This document shows positions 34,852-42,756 of a stretch of 48,876 nt of DNA, piece after piece. The first letter of the stretch is position 1. Every line of letters starts with the position of its first letter. The position numbers were made by a program, and so were the translations under genes. Source of the DNA: Patescibacteria group bacterium (GTDB lineage Bacteria; Patescibacteriota; Microgenomatia; Levybacterales; UBA12049); the NCBI GenBank assembly GCA_026004395.1, contig BPJB01000001.1, positions 1,035,226-1,084,101 on the forward strand, written 5' to 3'. The notes under the pieces were generated by a model. That model ran no database searches. It was not told the origin of the DNA and saw only the letters and a list, made by a program, of their open reading frames with translations.

Positions 34852-37692
34852 ATGGCTGATATAACAGTGCCCGAGTCTGCTGTAGCATCTGATAAATCCA
34901 AAACCTCAAAAAAACAAGCACCCTCAGAGCCTGAGAGCACTCTTAAATTTCGTTTAAATGAGTTTCGATCCATAGAATCTCCGGGGAACGCCTTAGATAA
35001 AGCAAAACGTGAAAGAGGAGAATTTGAGGCTCAATGGGTAACAATAAAGGAAAGAACACTCAATCAATACAAAACTTATCTTGCTAATTATATGAAGAAT
35101 CTGCAAGAGTTTTCTGAGGGTCCAGGAAAGGAGATTCTAAATCAACCAGGTCATGAGCATGAGAAGCTGCTTTTGCAGATTTTAGGAGGTGAAGATCCTG
35201 CTGAACGTGAGAGAAAAATCTCAGCCTTTCTTGAAAGTCCAGAAGGATGGATGTTAGCAACCTTGGTTATGGAACATCAATCAGCGCTGAAGCTCTATGC
35301 ATTGGGGCTTTACGCTGCAACAGAAGCAAAAAATCCGGAGCCAACTGTTCCCGAAGAGGAGAAAATTTTTACAGGGGATGGAAAAATGGAAAAAGTAAGA
35401 GAATTTTGGATAAATAAAATCAGACCGCAATTTAAAAAAGCAGATCTTAGAGAAATGCTGTTCAGAGGAGTAGGAGTTGGTATTTTAACCTATTTGCAGT
35501 CAGGTAATCCAATTTGGGGAGTTGGCTCTGCTACTGCTATTATTGGCGCTGAGGCAGGAGCGAAAGGATTGATTGATGCTTTCCGCAGAGGGGAGGTAAT
35601 AGATCTGAAGCGGTCCAAAGATGCACTTCTGGCAATGAAAAGTGATCCTAACACAGTTTTGTATATGCGCAAAATGTACGGCATAGATCTTGATGATTTT
35701 CAAGTTACACAAGCTGGTGACATACAGCTTAGGGCTGGCATACTTGCATCTACCCGTATGGATGAATTACAAAAAGAGGCAGTACAAGGATTGTATACAA
35801 GGTGGAGTTTTTATGAAAACTTGGGTATTCCCCGGTCAAAGATAGACATTCTTCCCGAACAATTTATTTTCAAATATGCTCAAGGAGAGACTCCAGAACA
35901 GACTGATGTGAGGATGCAGCAGCGGCTTAGAGAGATAGTTAACCCGCAGAATATGAATCCGCAGGATGTCCAAGATAATCTAAGGCGTCTCAACAGAGCA
36001 CGATCCCAAGTTATGACAGAGATGATAAGAGACTATATTAAACGACAGGATACGCCTCTAGATTATGCAGGACCAATTACGTCTTTAAGAAGCAAAAAAG
36101 ACGCCTACGAAGGATCAACAATCAAAGAACAAAAGACGAAAGCAGAAAGAGAAGAAATAGCAGAACTTGAGAAAGAAAGAGAAGAAATCAGGTCTGAAAG
36201 AGAAAGATTCACCATTGTGGATCAGAAGAGGCAAGAGCTTCAAGATATAGAAAGAAAATTAAGAGATTTGGGTGTGAGTAGCTTGCCTGATAACCCTACA
36301 ATTGATGAGGTAGAACAAGTTATCGATGTTGAAATAAATAGTTTGGAGATAAATCTTGACCCCAACAATCCCTCAAGTCCTGTTGCTCAAAAGGAAGATG
36401 TATTGGCCAACAAAATGAATTTTATCAACACCACAATTGGTCAATTGCTTACTCAAGGAGGGAGACCCCAATTTAGCAGACAAAATGCCATCTTAGAACT
36501 TGTTGAGGAACGTGCAAAAAATCTTTATGATCAGCAGATTGCAGAATTAACTGAGGAAATCAACAAGATAAAAGAAAAAATAGAGAGACTCAAATCAATA
36601 AAAGAAGAATACAGGCAGAAAAGAAAAGAGTTAATGGATGAGGAGAGAAAGGCTATAGTTTATGCATCCAAAGAACTTAATGAGATTTATGCTGAGTACG
36701 CATTTATCATTAATACACAGAATGCAACTATTACAGATGCTGATCTTGCAGCACTTTCTTTAGATCAATTGAAAGCAAAACTTAAAGCTCCTCCATACAG
36801 TGCTAGAACTCAAAATCTTTCAGATGAAGAGTTACACGAGATTATTTATAGAGCAAAAGCCAAAAAGAAAGGAGAAGAGTTAGAGTCTAATTATCCTAGC
36901 AATTCTCAACAACTCAGAGCATATGAAGAAATTACTCAACCGGGAAGACCACTGTCAGCAAATGATTTATTAACTAAATCAGATACAGAATTAATCACAA
37001 TTCTTAATAATTCTTATACAGGTGTCTTTTCTAATCCATCTTTTCCTCAAGGACCTCAAGGCCCTGATATGCGGCAGATTTTAGCCTTGGCAAAAGAGGA
37101 AGCCCGACGCAAAATGCTTCTCTGGTATGAAGCCAAACTGGATGCTCGAATAGAAGACATCGATCGAAGAATAAATGTGTTAAATAAAACGATAGAAGGA
37201 GTTGATGGGTTTGAGCAGGAAAAGGCAGTTATAAATACTGCACTTGATCTTCTTGATAGGCAATCAGTGCTGTTTACTGCAGTAAGAGAGCTGGGAGCTC
37301 TAGATGAAAAAAGCGAAAAATACTTCGATATCTCTAGAATCAGAGCAGATGATCCAACATATTCGCAGGCTGAAAGAAATCTTAAAACAGCAAATAATCA
37401 ACAAATAGAGAAAGGATATTATGCAATAATGGATCTGCTTTTTGACTACCAGCAACGATCAGATAGAGAGGAGTATTTTAAGATCATATCATCTGTATTA
37501 CCTCCTGATAAACTGGCCCAATTATTAAATGAACATTTTCACTTACGAAGAAGCAGAAATCCTACACTTCGTGTTATACTGACAGAGCTTTCAGCTAGGA
37601 TTAATAATGGGACACTTGATTGGAGAGATCTTCGTCAGGGAGTGATCTTTATTACAGATAAACTTACACACGAAGCATTATCATTACCATAA
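34852..37692 (+). CDS. Large hypothetical coiled-coil protein (946 aa) with one Gly-zipper-like hydrophobic segment
   Basis: Long uninterrupted ORF. Glu/Lys/Arg-rich heptad-like stretches. Hydrophobic segment GVGVGILTYLQSGNPIWGVGSATAIIGAEAGAKG. No recognised catalytic motif. Confidence 0.55.
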   Translation: MADITVPESAVASDKSKTSKKQAPSEPESTLKFRLNEFRSIESPGNALDKAKRERGEFEAQWVTIKERTLNQYKTYLANYMKNLQEFSEGPGKEILNQPGHEHEKLLLQILGGEDPAERERKISAFLESPEGWMLATLVMEHQSALKLYALGLYAATEAKNPEPTVPEEEKIFTGDGKMEKVREFWINKIRPQFKKADLREMLFRGVGVGILTYLQSGNPIWGVGSATAIIGAEAGAKGLIDAFRRGEVIDLKRSKDALLAMKSDPNTVLYMRKMYGIDLDDFQVTQAGDIQLRAGILASTRMDELQKEAVQGLYTRWSFYENLGIPRSKIDILPEQFIFKYAQGETPEQTDVRMQQRLREIVNPQNMNPQDVQDNLRRLNRARSQVMTEMIRDYIKRQDTPLDYAGPITSLRSKKDAYEGSTIKEQKTKAEREEIAELEKEREEIRSERERFTIVDQKRQELQDIERKLRDLGVSSLPDNPTIDEVEQVIDVEINSLEINLDPNNPSSPVAQKEDVLANKMNFINTTIGQLLTQGGRPQFSRQNAILELVEERAKNLYDQQIAELTEEINKIKEKIERLKSIKEEYRQKRKELMDEERKAIVYASKELNEIYAEYAFIINTQNATITDADLAALSLDQLKAKLKAPPYSARTQNLSDEELHEIIYRAKAKKKGEELESNYPSNSQQLRAYEEITQPGRPLSANDLLTKSDTELITILNNSYTGVFSNPSFPQGPQGPDMRQILALAKEEARRKMLLWYEAKLDARIEDIDRRINVLNKTIEGVDGFEQEKAVINTALDLLDRQSVLFTAVRELGALDEKSEKYFDISRIRADDPTYSQAERNLKTANNQQIEKGYYAIMDLLFDYQQRSDREEYFKIISSVLPPDKLAQLLNEHFHLRRSRNPTLRVILTELSARINNGTLDWRDLRQGVIFITDKLTHEALSLP

Positions 37693-37693
37693 T

Positions 37694-38056
37694 ATGGATT
37701 TTACGACAAAAACAATTATCAAGATTTTACCTTTTGAGAGAGAGTTTAAAGAACAGCTGCTTTTGGCGTTTGATACAATGGATCCTGATAGAAAGATCAC
37801 AGTTGAGAGAGCGGTCTGGGATCTTTATGATGCTATTTATGAATTAAAACTGCAAGAGAATATAAATATTGCATTGCAAAATGCATTGGTGAATAAGGAA
37901 AAATTAGATTCTGAATTTTATAAAAGAGTGAAAAAAAAGACAGAAATGGAGCTTCTATCCTCAACTGCAACCACTGTTATGCAATCTGATTTGACGCAAG
38001 CTCGAGAAAAACTAGAACAACTTCTTCAAGAGAAGCAAACGGACACTGATTCGTAA
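37694..38056 (+). CDS. Hypothetical small helical protein, translationally coupled to the 946-aa gene
   Basis: The ATG lies 1 nt after the upstream TAA. 120 aa, helical, no motif. Confidence 0.45.
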   Translation: MDFTTKTIIKILPFEREFKEQLLLAFDTMDPDRKITVERAVWDLYDAIYELKLQENINIALQNALVNKEKLDSEFYKRVKKKTEMELLSSTATTVMQSDLTQAREKLEQLLQEKQTDTDS

Positions 38057-38172
38057 AACTACCCCGAAAATCTAGATAAATTAATACACAAAAATTTATT
38101 TAATTAAATGTTTTTCCGATTATTAGTTTTTAGCGTATATTTACTGAAAAAATTTAGTTTGTATCATCTTAG

Positions 38173-38496
38173 TTAAGTACAAGTGTTAAACCCGAAGTTT
38201 TGAATACACTTGACACCTGTAATATTACCAATAAGGACGACGATCAGAAAAGCACTCAAAACAAGTATAAGCCCAATGATAGCAAAAGTCAGAGTTTTAC
38301 GCGCACCTTCGACCTGTTTGGCATCACCACGTGATGTAATATATTTTATTCCTGAGAAGATAATAAAAACAACAGCAGTGATGCCTGAAAGAGCTATTGC
38401 CCAGAAAACAATATTTTGAAAAAGAGGAATAACGCATTGCAAGGTTGGGATATTATCAACAAGACAGCTTGTGCCATCAGGAAGTGTCCAATTCAT
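38173..38496 (-). CDS. VirB2/TrbC-like T4SS pilin paralog (107 aa, no signal peptide)
   Basis: Two TM helices flank the charged loop IKYITSRGDAKQVEGARKT. A CX9C motif (CLVDNIPTLQC) precedes TM1. The upstream sequence TTGTAT-17-TAGACT lies 6 nt from the ATG. Confidence 0.6.
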   Translation of the reverse strand: MNWTLPDGTSCLVDNIPTLQCVIPLFQNIVFWAIALSGITAVVFIIFSGIKYITSRGDAKQVEGARKTLTFAIIGLILVLSAFLIVVLIGNITGVKCIQNFGFNTCT

Positions 38497-38566
38497 GTAT
38501 CTAGTCTAAAATAAAGAAAATAAGAATACAAGGGTTTGGTAAGGAAAATTACTAAACTGATTGTTA

Positions 38567-38989
38567 CTACTGGCCTATTAAGCCGGGTATTTCAAATCCT
38601 GTTCCACCTATCCCTAATCCTTCAAACCCGAAGAAGGTTTTGAGCACCAGATTGATAATCAGGAATGAGCCAAAGACTACAATCAATCCGATTATCGCAC
38701 CGATAATCGTATAACGTGCTGACTCGACTTTGGTCTTATCACCACCTGATGTGATCCATTTGATTCCTCCCCAGATGAGGAAGATAATAGCTACCAATGC
38801 ACCTGCTATCAAAAGATAAGTGAGAATGGTATTGAAAAGTTTATCAGCAGTAGTAGTGGTGCAGAGTCCTTGTAGCTTGTCTTGTGTAGGGCAGAAACTT
38901 GCCGCCAAGGCCTTATTGGGCAGAAACATTAAAGCAGATGATCCCAAGATAGAAGTTGTTGTTATAGCTTTATTGATATTGATGTTCAT
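38567..38989 (-). CDS. VirB2/TrbC-like T4SS pilin paralog (140 aa, with signal peptide)
   Basis: Signal peptide ending ALA/AS, then a CX9C motif (CPTQDKLQGLC). Core sequence LLIAGALVAIIFLIWGGIKWITSGGDKTKVESARYTIIGAIIGLIVVFGSFLI. Confidence 0.65.
   Translation of the reverse strand: MNININKAITTTSILGSSALMFLPNKALAASFCPTQDKLQGLCTTTTADKLFNTILTYLLIAGALVAIIFLIWGGIKWITSGGDKTKVESARYTIIGAIIGLIVVFGSFLIINLVLKTFFGFEGLGIGGTGFEIPGLIGQ
38646..38830. repeat. 185-bp near-identical segment, copy A, inside the 140-aa pilin gene
   Basis: Aligns base for base with 39057-39241 at an offset of 411 nt, with 6 mismatches counted by eye. It covers only the TM1-loop-TM2 core. Confidence 0.85.
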
Positions 38990-38992
38990 ATT

Positions 38993-39433
38993 CTAGTTTG
39001 TTAAAGATGGTGGTTCAAGCTGGGTAACGTCTGAAACTTTAAACAAAGTATTAGTTACCAGATTGATAATCAGGAATGAGGCGAAGACTATGATCAATCC
39101 GATTATCGCACCGATAATCGTATAACGTGCTGACTCGACTTTGGTCTTATCACCACGTGATGTGATCCATTTGATTCCTCCCCAGATGAGGAAGATAATA
39201 GCTACCAATGCACCTGCTATCAAAAGATAAGTGAAAATGGTGCCAATTATTCCATTAAAGGTGGCATTTGCTAGCTTAGTACAGTTTCCAGAACCAAATA
39301 TATTTTCTGGACATAAGGTTACATTTTGACTTTGAGCCAGTATTGGAGAAGCTGTAGTCAGGTAAAGCGAAAAAGTGGCTGCTGTTATAAGTAATTTGCG
39401 GGCAGAAATCATATCTAGATTTATCATAGGCAT
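38993..39433 (-). CDS. VirB2/TrbC-like T4SS pilin paralog (146 aa, with signal peptide)
   Basis: Signal peptide ending ILA/QS, a CX9C motif (CPENIFGSGNC), and the same core as the 140-aa paralog. The stop lies 3 nt before the next ATG. Confidence 0.65.
   Translation of the reverse strand: MPMINLDMISARKLLITAATFSLYLTTASPILAQSQNVTLCPENIFGSGNCTKLANATFNGIIGTIFTYLLIAGALVAIIFLIWGGIKWITSRGDKTKVESARYTIIGAIIGLIIVFASFLIINLVTNTLFKVSDVTQLEPPSLTN
39057..39241. repeat. 185-bp near-identical segment, copy B, inside the 146-aa pilin gene
   Basis: See copy A at 38646-38830. Confidence 0.85.
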
Positions 39434-39586
39434 ATAAAAAATGAAATGTCAAGTGGCTAAATTTGAAGTCTAATTAAAAAAATCTGTTTTTAGTAGAGAA
39501 AAATGATATTTTCAAAAAAAGCCATCAATACTGATATTTGATATCACAAGATAAGATAAATTGATTTAATGACATTTGGCATGACT

Positions 39587-39613
39587 ATCTAGATGGACAA
39601 CTTCATCCTAGAT
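39587..39613 (-). other. Stem-loop immediately after the stop of the first pilin gene
   Basis: ATCTAGATG / CATC(C)TAGAT arms form 9 bp with one bulge and an 8-nt loop, starting 3 nt past the stop at 39616. No U-tract follows, so it is not a canonical intrinsic terminator. Confidence 0.3.
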
Positions 39614-39615
39614 GA

Positions 39616-39960
39616 TTATTTTTTGAGTAGTTCTACCCCAAAAAGGGTGTTGGATATAAAAGAGACAATCAAAAATGATAACAACGCAATAATCATTCCT
39701 ACCAGAGAATAAATAATAGTTTTGCGTGCATTGGTGACTTTGGTCTTGTCTCCCTCAGATGTGATCCATTTGATCCCTCCCCAGATGAGGAAAGATAGCG
39801 CTAGGATGACAGCACCAACAAGAAGCCACGATAATCCGTTTTGGATGAGTCTTATCCCTCCCTCGCCCTCACCTAGACCACCAACGGGTATTCCTGTAGG
39901 AGCTGTTATCTCTTGTTCGCCGATTTTCAGTGCGAGAAGGTCAGTCATAGTGTTATTCAT
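39616..39960 (-). CDS. VirB2/TrbC-like T4SS pilin paralog (114 aa, no signal peptide, no Cys)
   Basis: Core LLVGAVILALSFLIWGGIKWITSEGDKTKVTNARKTIIYSLVGMIIALLSFLI. Gly/Glu-rich N-terminal tail. Confidence 0.62.
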   Translation of the reverse strand: MNNTMTDLLALKIGEQEITAPTGIPVGGLGEGEGGIRLIQNGLSWLLVGAVILALSFLIWGGIKWITSEGDKTKVTNARKTIIYSLVGMIIALLSFLIVSFISNTLFGVELLKK

Positions 39961-39969
39961 AGTATATAG

Positions 39970-39975
39970 ATTATA
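39970..39975 (-). promoter_or_regulatory. Perfect -10 (TATAAT) upstream of the first pilin gene
   Basis: Minus-strand TATAAT lies 9 nt before the ATG at 39960. The -35 is weak. Confidence 0.35.
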
Positions 39976-40044
39976 GGGAGTAGCGTGTAGTTTATGACAG
40001 CGATACTCCTTCGATTTTCATTCGCAATCTTTTTGTCATAGTAT

Positions 40045-40365
40045 TTAGCATACGTAATACTTCAATGAGTAAATGATTGCAGGAGAGAAGTCGGTTTCAT
40101 CAAGAAACTGAAGCTCTTTTGCGATAATAAGTTGGGTTTCTAGTTCTCTCGCGGATCCAAAAGCGAGAGGATATTTCCTTGATGATTTTCTTGCATAGCC
40201 CTCAGCAGTATTTGAGGGAATTGGCATTGCACATCTTCTCATCTGCTTTGTTAGATCAGAGAGTTGAGGTTTTGGGAAATTTTCCGTTATCATATAGATT
40301 AGTTTTACTAATTCAATTGCTTTTTGCAACACTATTAATTCTTTATAGCTGTTAATATACGACAT
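40045..40365 (-). CDS. Four-helix-bundle protein (23S rRNA intervening-sequence protein family)
   Basis: YKELIVLQKAIELVKLIYMITENFPK...LTKQMRRCAMPIPSNTAEGYARK...GSARELETQL matches the family signature. Confidence 0.75.
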   Translation of the reverse strand: MSYINSYKELIVLQKAIELVKLIYMITENFPKPQLSDLTKQMRRCAMPIPSNTAEGYARKSSRKYPLAFGSARELETQLIIAKELQFLDETDFSPAIIYSLKYYVC

Positions 40366-40402
40366 AGAACGCAACTACTCACTACTTTCTATACGCTATC
40401 TT

Positions 40403-42685
40403 CTAGCCTGAAAACCCAGGAATGTTAAGGATGTCAACACCGATCACCTCAAGAATAACAAGAGAGAAAATCAAAAAGAGTAAGCCAATAATTGCGGAGG
40501 TGATTCGATCCTTTGCCTCTGTTATTTTCTCAGGATTACCTTGTGATGTCATCAGTTGATAACCTGATCTGATGATAAGCAGTAAAACAATACCTCCTGA
40601 TATACTCAAGAGCACACGCAGGAGATCTTTGATGAACTTGCCTGGTTCAGATGAAAATGCTCCAAATGGTGTGATAACACCAGCACATTTAACTATTTTT
40701 TTTTGATTTTCTTTACGAGCGTTGAGATCCGAGGTAAAATCAGGACTTTTAGGATCAGCTAGATTTCTAGGCTCCCGAATTGGATTGCCATTTGCATCAA
40801 GATCCTCTGCATAATATCCATATAAACAAGGTGGAGCATCGCCTGAAATATATCCACATGCACTGCCTACGCAAATTACAAGAATTCTTAAAGGTTGATC
40901 TATCGTGTCGCCAATAATCCACGTAGCGATTTGTTTACCTACTAAAACGCCTCCTACCGCGCCACCAATTACTGTTGCACCTAAAGAAAATGGACCGGTA
41001 CCCATACCCAAAAGGGCCCCCCCCGCTCCAAATGCGCTTTCCAATAGTAATGATCCATGTTTTTCAGTCCAGCTCAGTTCTTCTTGTGCTCTCATAAGTG
41101 TAACTGTATAAATTCCATCCATTAATTTTGGAAGAGGAGGTGAGCTAATTACTTTTTCAGCACTTTCTGGAACAAAGCTTGTAATAATATATTGTGCATT
41201 TTTATCTAGGTTATCTATATTTTTCAGACATCTTTCATTGTTTATTTTTTCTTGTCCTTTAAACATCCCATTGCGTTCTTCATCTGAGATAACAATGTAG
41301 TAGCAAATATCATCAGCATTATTAAGATGTGTTAATTTAATTGACCATTCTTTACCTACCTCAATTGGATTAGTAAGTAAAATTATATCCTCTAAGTTTC
41401 CACCAATCTGATTTACTGTTATTGTTACTGGATTTGAAAAAACATCCTCATTAGGAGAACATTTGGCCCTAAGAATAAATTTTTTATTTTTATCATTCTC
41501 ATCAAATGGATTTATTGTGACATCTCTCCCGGGAGTTATATCTATAATTCTTAGTTGATAATCTTTGGTCACGAGCTCATTATTTTCATTATAGAAAATA
41601 ATTTTTGCATTTTGAGTTTCTGGCGGGCATCCATCAACCCTGACTATTATAGGGTTTTTTTCATAAAAAATATCACCACCATTCTCTGGTTTAACGGTGA
41701 GAATAATACCTTCACCTCTTACATCCATTGATTTTGTAAGCGGTTCAAAAGCATTGTTGTCACTATTTACGGTGAATTGATATGTATCAAGGTATAGTTC
41801 AGCAGATTGGGGACCAGCCCTTGCTATGAGTGGTGGTCTTCTAATTGCATCAGGTTTAAGGACAATTTTTAGAGATGCATTAAAATAATTGCCTTCAACT
41901 GCTGTACAATTAACTGATGGAAAGATTTTTTCCACAGTATCATCTCTATCTTTTAACTCACAACTTGCATTATTGTTGACCACAAGTTTAAATTTTTTTG
42001 AAAAAGATTTATCATCCTTTTTAATTTCTTTCCTCTTAACATTTATAGAGTATGATCCAACAGGTAAGCCGTTAATAGTCATTGTTGGCTCTGAAAGCCA
42101 GGGAGCTTCAGAAGGAAGAACAAGAGAACTTTGTATTCTAGGATTGATAATATTAAATGAAAATGGTTGATAAGTTTTTGATCCATCCGTACTTATAACT
42201 CCGACCCAAAATTGTTGTGGTAGTTGGTCTATGTTTATTCGTGATGAATTAATATAAGCAGTTACATGTATGTACCCTGTTTTATTATCGATTGTCTGTA
42301 TGCTGCATGTAGGTTTTTTGCCGTCATTTGTCATAAAGATAGAATCATGTCCGCTTTGATCTGAAATGATGCAATAACCATTATTAATATCCATTGTAAG
42401 CGACAGCGTTTGAAAAGCTTGTTTTAAATTTTCTGTCCTTGATATTTTTAAATAAAGACTTAAATTTTGAGTGTTCCCGTCAATAAGGGGAATATTCGCA
42501 TAAGTGAATGCACCAGTTTCTCCGTATTCCAATTCTCCGTCCTCTAAACCATTGAATGGATAGACCTGGATAGTTCGCTGTTGAGCATGTGCTGTATTAG
42601 GTGCAAAAAAAATTGTAAAAATTATAAAAAGGAAAAAAAGAAAAACTTTTCGATTTTGTAGCAAAAAATGCTTCAACCAGGACAT
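40403..42685 (-). CDS. Large secreted beta-rich protein with a Gly-zipper segment and a C-terminal VirB2-like pilin module
   Basis: Signal peptide ending TAHA/QQ, followed by about 550 aa of beta-rich sequence. A Gly-rich segment GAGGALLGMGTGPFSLGATVIGGAVGGVLVG follows. The last ~80 aa (LLRVLLSISGGIVLLLIIRSGYQLMTSQGNPEKITEAKDRITSAIIGLLFLIFSLVILEVIG) are colinear with the small pilins. The ATG at 42685 is preferred over the TTG at 42703. Confidence 0.65.
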   Translation of the reverse strand: MSWLKHFLLQNRKVFLFFLFIIFTIFFAPNTAHAQQRTIQVYPFNGLEDGELEYGETGAFTYANIPLIDGNTQNLSLYLKISRTENLKQAFQTLSLTMDINNGYCIISDQSGHDSIFMTNDGKKPTCSIQTIDNKTGYIHVTAYINSSRINIDQLPQQFWVGVISTDGSKTYQPFSFNIINPRIQSSLVLPSEAPWLSEPTMTINGLPVGSYSINVKRKEIKKDDKSFSKKFKLVVNNNASCELKDRDDTVEKIFPSVNCTAVEGNYFNASLKIVLKPDAIRRPPLIARAGPQSAELYLDTYQFTVNSDNNAFEPLTKSMDVRGEGIILTVKPENGGDIFYEKNPIIVRVDGCPPETQNAKIIFYNENNELVTKDYQLRIIDITPGRDVTINPFDENDKNKKFILRAKCSPNEDVFSNPVTITVNQIGGNLEDIILLTNPIEVGKEWSIKLTHLNNADDICYYIVISDEERNGMFKGQEKINNERCLKNIDNLDKNAQYIITSFVPESAEKVISSPPLPKLMDGIYTVTLMRAQEELSWTEKHGSLLLESAFGAGGALLGMGTGPFSLGATVIGGAVGGVLVGKQIATWIIGDTIDQPLRILVICVGSACGYISGDAPPCLYGYYAEDLDANGNPIREPRNLADPKSPDFTSDLNARKENQKKIVKCAGVITPFGAFSSEPGKFIKDLLRVLLSISGGIVLLLIIRSGYQLMTSQGNPEKITEAKDRITSAIIGLLFLIFSLVILEVIGVDILNIPGFSG

Positions 42686-42756
42686 AATTTTATCGTAGCG
42701 CAATGCAACTTGTTATGCAATTAAATAAAATGGTGTTTTTGATGTACAATAACTTT

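Noticed and set aside
38646-39241. Possibility that the near-identical pilin segments are a DGR template/variable-repeat pair
   Set aside because: No reverse transcriptase gene is in the window. The six mismatches are not confined to adenine positions on either strand. Both copies lie in conserved TM-coding cores rather than a variable ligand-binding tip.
40045-40365. Four-helix-bundle gene as evidence for a nearby 23S rRNA intervening sequence
   Set aside because: No rRNA sequence is present on either side. The gene is flanked by protein-coding genes of the pilin operon.
42703-42720. Two ATGCAA hexamers 12 bp apart as a specific operator for the adjacent regulator
   Set aside because: There are only two short copies. 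On the minus strand one of them is a plausible -35 (TTGCAT) for the pilin-fusion gene. The evidence is insufficient to separate an operator from a chance or promoter element. It is mentioned only as context in the regulator finding.
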